8,702 bases of DNA from a virus (taxonomy: Duplodnaviria; Heunggongvirae; Uroviricota; Caudoviricetes): IMG/VR virus record IMGVR_UViG_2648501318_000014; one strand, given 5' to 3'. Each line of letters begins with the position of its first letter. Position 1 is the stretch's first letter. A program made the position numbers and the translations under genes. Below are positions 7,451-8,702 of this stretch, one piece after another. Under the pieces are notes generated by a model. It was given only the letters and a program-made list of their open reading frames with translations. It searched no databases and had not been told where the DNA came from.

Positions 7451-8192
7451 ATTTGAGATTAAGCCCGGGGTTTGGGTTTATGTCCCAAGCGTTGAGGCAC
7501 GTAAAGTCGGAGGGAAGATACTTCAGGCTGTCAGAAACAAGTGGATTCCGCCACTCTATTTTTACCATCTAAGAACTGGTGGGCATCTTAAAGCTGCCAG
7601 ATTACACTTAAAAAGTGATTTTTTTGCCGTTGTTGATATTAAACAATTTTTTCAGTCAACGAGCCGTAGTCGTATCACCCGTGATCTAAAGAGCTACTTC
7701 ACCTATTCTCAAGCGCGGGAAATCTCAACATTTTCAACTGTAAGAAACTTGTCCCATAGTCCACATAAGCATGTCCTCCCTTTTGGTTTTGTTCAATCTC
7801 CAATACTTGCAACCCTCTGCTTAGATAAAAGTTATTTTGGTAGCTTACTACGCCGATTGAACAAACATCATGATCTCAAGCTAAGTGTGTTTATGGATGA
7901 TGTGATCATCTCGTCAAACGATTTGGCCCAATTACAAGCGGCTTACGACGAAGCACTAGTGGCAATGCGCAAATCTGGTTATCAAGCCAACATGAGTAAA
8001 ACTCAGGCACCATCGTCAAAGATTAGCGTGTTTAATTTAACTTTGAGTAAGGGAGTTATGAAAGTCACATCTCAGAAAATGAGTGACTTCCTGATTGATT
8101 TCTATTCAAGCAATTATGAGCCGCACAGAATAGGGGTCAAAAACTACGTCGAAGCTGTTAATCCAGGGCAAGCGAAACTCTTTAAGTTGTAA
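7419..8192 (+). CDS. Compact reverse transcriptase (257 aa) with retron-type motifs
   Basis: Motif 1/2-like YVPSVEARKVGGKIL; NAxxH-like AARLH; motif A FAVVDIKQFFQS (Asp codon 7635-7637); motif B LPFGFVQSPILATL; motif C VFMDDVII (Asp-Asp codons 7896-7901); KVTS in the position of the retron VTG motif. Frame is closed by TAA at 7413-7415 just upstream, so no longer N-terminus is possible. Confidence 0.85.
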   Translation: MTIEVQRWEDKFEIKPGVWVYVPSVEARKVGGKILQAVRNKWIPPLYFYHLRTGGHLKAARLHLKSDFFAVVDIKQFFQSTSRSRITRDLKSYFTYSQAREISTFSTVRNLSHSPHKHVLPFGFVQSPILATLCLDKSYFGSLLRRLNKHHDLKLSVFMDDVIISSNDLAQLQAAYDEALVAMRKSGYQANMSKTQAPSSKISVFNLTLSKGVMKVTSQKMSDFLIDFYSSNYEPHRIGVKNYVEAVNPGQAKLFKL

Positions 8193-8261
8193 TTGCGATC
8201 GCATGTAGTAGCAACTGGGCTTGACTGAATGCCTGCCGCCATTTTGCCGCCACTACCAAAG

Positions 8262-8289
8262 AAAAAAGGGCTACGCTTTCACGTAACCC
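8262..8289 (-). terminator. Intrinsic terminator of ssrA (minus strand); may also terminate the convergent RT operon
   Basis: On the minus strand: 8-bp stem GGGUUACG/CGUAGCCC (one G-U pair), 6-nt loop, then U6 (plus-strand aaaaaa 8262-8267), starting 12 nt after the ssrA 3' end. On the plus strand the same hairpin is followed by a T-rich stretch. Confidence 0.45.
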
Positions 8290-8300
8290 ATTGATTTATT

Positions 8301-8663
8301 TGGTGGAGCTGGCGGGAGTTGAACCCGCGTCCGAAATTCCTACATCCTCGGTACTACATGCTTAGTCAGTCTTTACATTCGCTTGCCAGCTGCGGACGGA
8401 CACGCCACTAACAAACTAGCCTGATTAAGTTTTAACGCTTCAACCCCAGGCAGGGCTTCCACGCGATCTCTTTTGGGTTTGACCTCTCTTGATCCCCGTC
8501 CTAAGAGCGGAGGCTAGGGAGAGAGGGCTCTAAGCAGGTTATTAAGCTGCTAAAGCGTAGTTTTCGTCGTTTGCGACTATTTTTTGCGGCTTTTTACGAG
8601 GCCAACCGCCCCTCGGCATGCACCTTGGGTTTCGCAAATCCCGTCGAATCCAGAATCAGCCCC
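8301..8663 (-). ncRNA. ssrA: tmRNA (transfer-messenger RNA, SsrA), complete 363-nt gene
   Basis: Reverse complement begins GGGGCTGATTCTGGATTCGACGGG and ends GGTTCAACTCCCGCCAGCTCCACCA; the tag reading frame GCAAACGACGAAAACTACGCTTTAGCAGCTTAA (ANDENYALAA-stop) is at 8542-8574. Matches enterobacterial ssrA as I recall it. Confidence 0.95.
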
Positions 8664-8677
8664 AATGTGTAAAGGTA

Positions 8678-8683
8678 AGTATA
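8678..8683 (-). promoter_or_regulatory. Putative -10 hexamer (TATACT on the minus strand) of the ssrA promoter
   Basis: TATACT lies 14 nt upstream of the mature tmRNA 5' end, consistent with a short processed leader; the -35 region would be at or beyond the window edge. Confidence 0.3.
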
Positions 8684-8702
8684 CCAGATTTATGAGCGCC
8701 AT

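Noticed and set aside
7419-8192. RT as a diversity-generating retroelement (DGR) or group II intron RT
   Set aside because: Motif B is the canonical G-x-x-x-S-P type rather than the DGR-type SQ variant I recall; no template/variable repeat pair or tail-fibre target is visible in the window; no intron RNA domains, maturase or endonuclease extension, and the ORF is far too short.
7419-8192. RT as an Abi-P2, AbiK or AbiA-type abortive-infection RT
   Set aside because: Those families carry large C-terminal extensions; this ORF ends about 95 residues after motif C. It is also not at the P2 variable locus where I recall Abi-P2 being described (that location is from memory).
1-8702. CRISPR array, integrase, transposase or IS element, tRNA genes
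   Set aside because: No regularly spaced direct repeats, no tyrosine or serine recombinase-like ORF, no transposase-like ORF with terminal inverted repeats, and no tRNA cloverleaf other than the tRNA-like domain of ssrA were seen.

Overview
This window is the right-hand (tail-gene) end of a P2-like enterobacterial prophage, followed by a small AT-richer cargo module and then the host tmRNA gene ssrA. Everything below is from reading the sequence and from recalled protein families; no searches were run.

Phage genes, all on the + strand: the 3' two-thirds of tail sheath FI (its first ~128 codons are missing from this locus), tail tube FII, chaperone E and its -1 frameshift product E+E' (slippery TTTTTTG at 1878-1884), an unusually long tape measure T (1025 aa, with internal 21-22-codon repeats), tail proteins U and D, and the zinc-finger late activator Ogr.

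The main candidate for an undescribed system lies at 7016-8300, between ogr and ssrA. It has three parts: a ~180-nt noncoding region bounded by an imperfect inverted repeat, a 57-aa single-transmembrane ORF, and a 257-aa reverse transcriptase. The RT carries retron-type motifs but is far shorter than characterised retron, Abi or DRT enzymes. I read this as a compact retron-like anti-phage module; that is inference and needs testing.

ssrA (363 nt, minus strand) is intact with its 3' end facing the prophage, so it presumably marks the attachment site. No integrase, IS element, CRISPR array or tRNA is present in the window.
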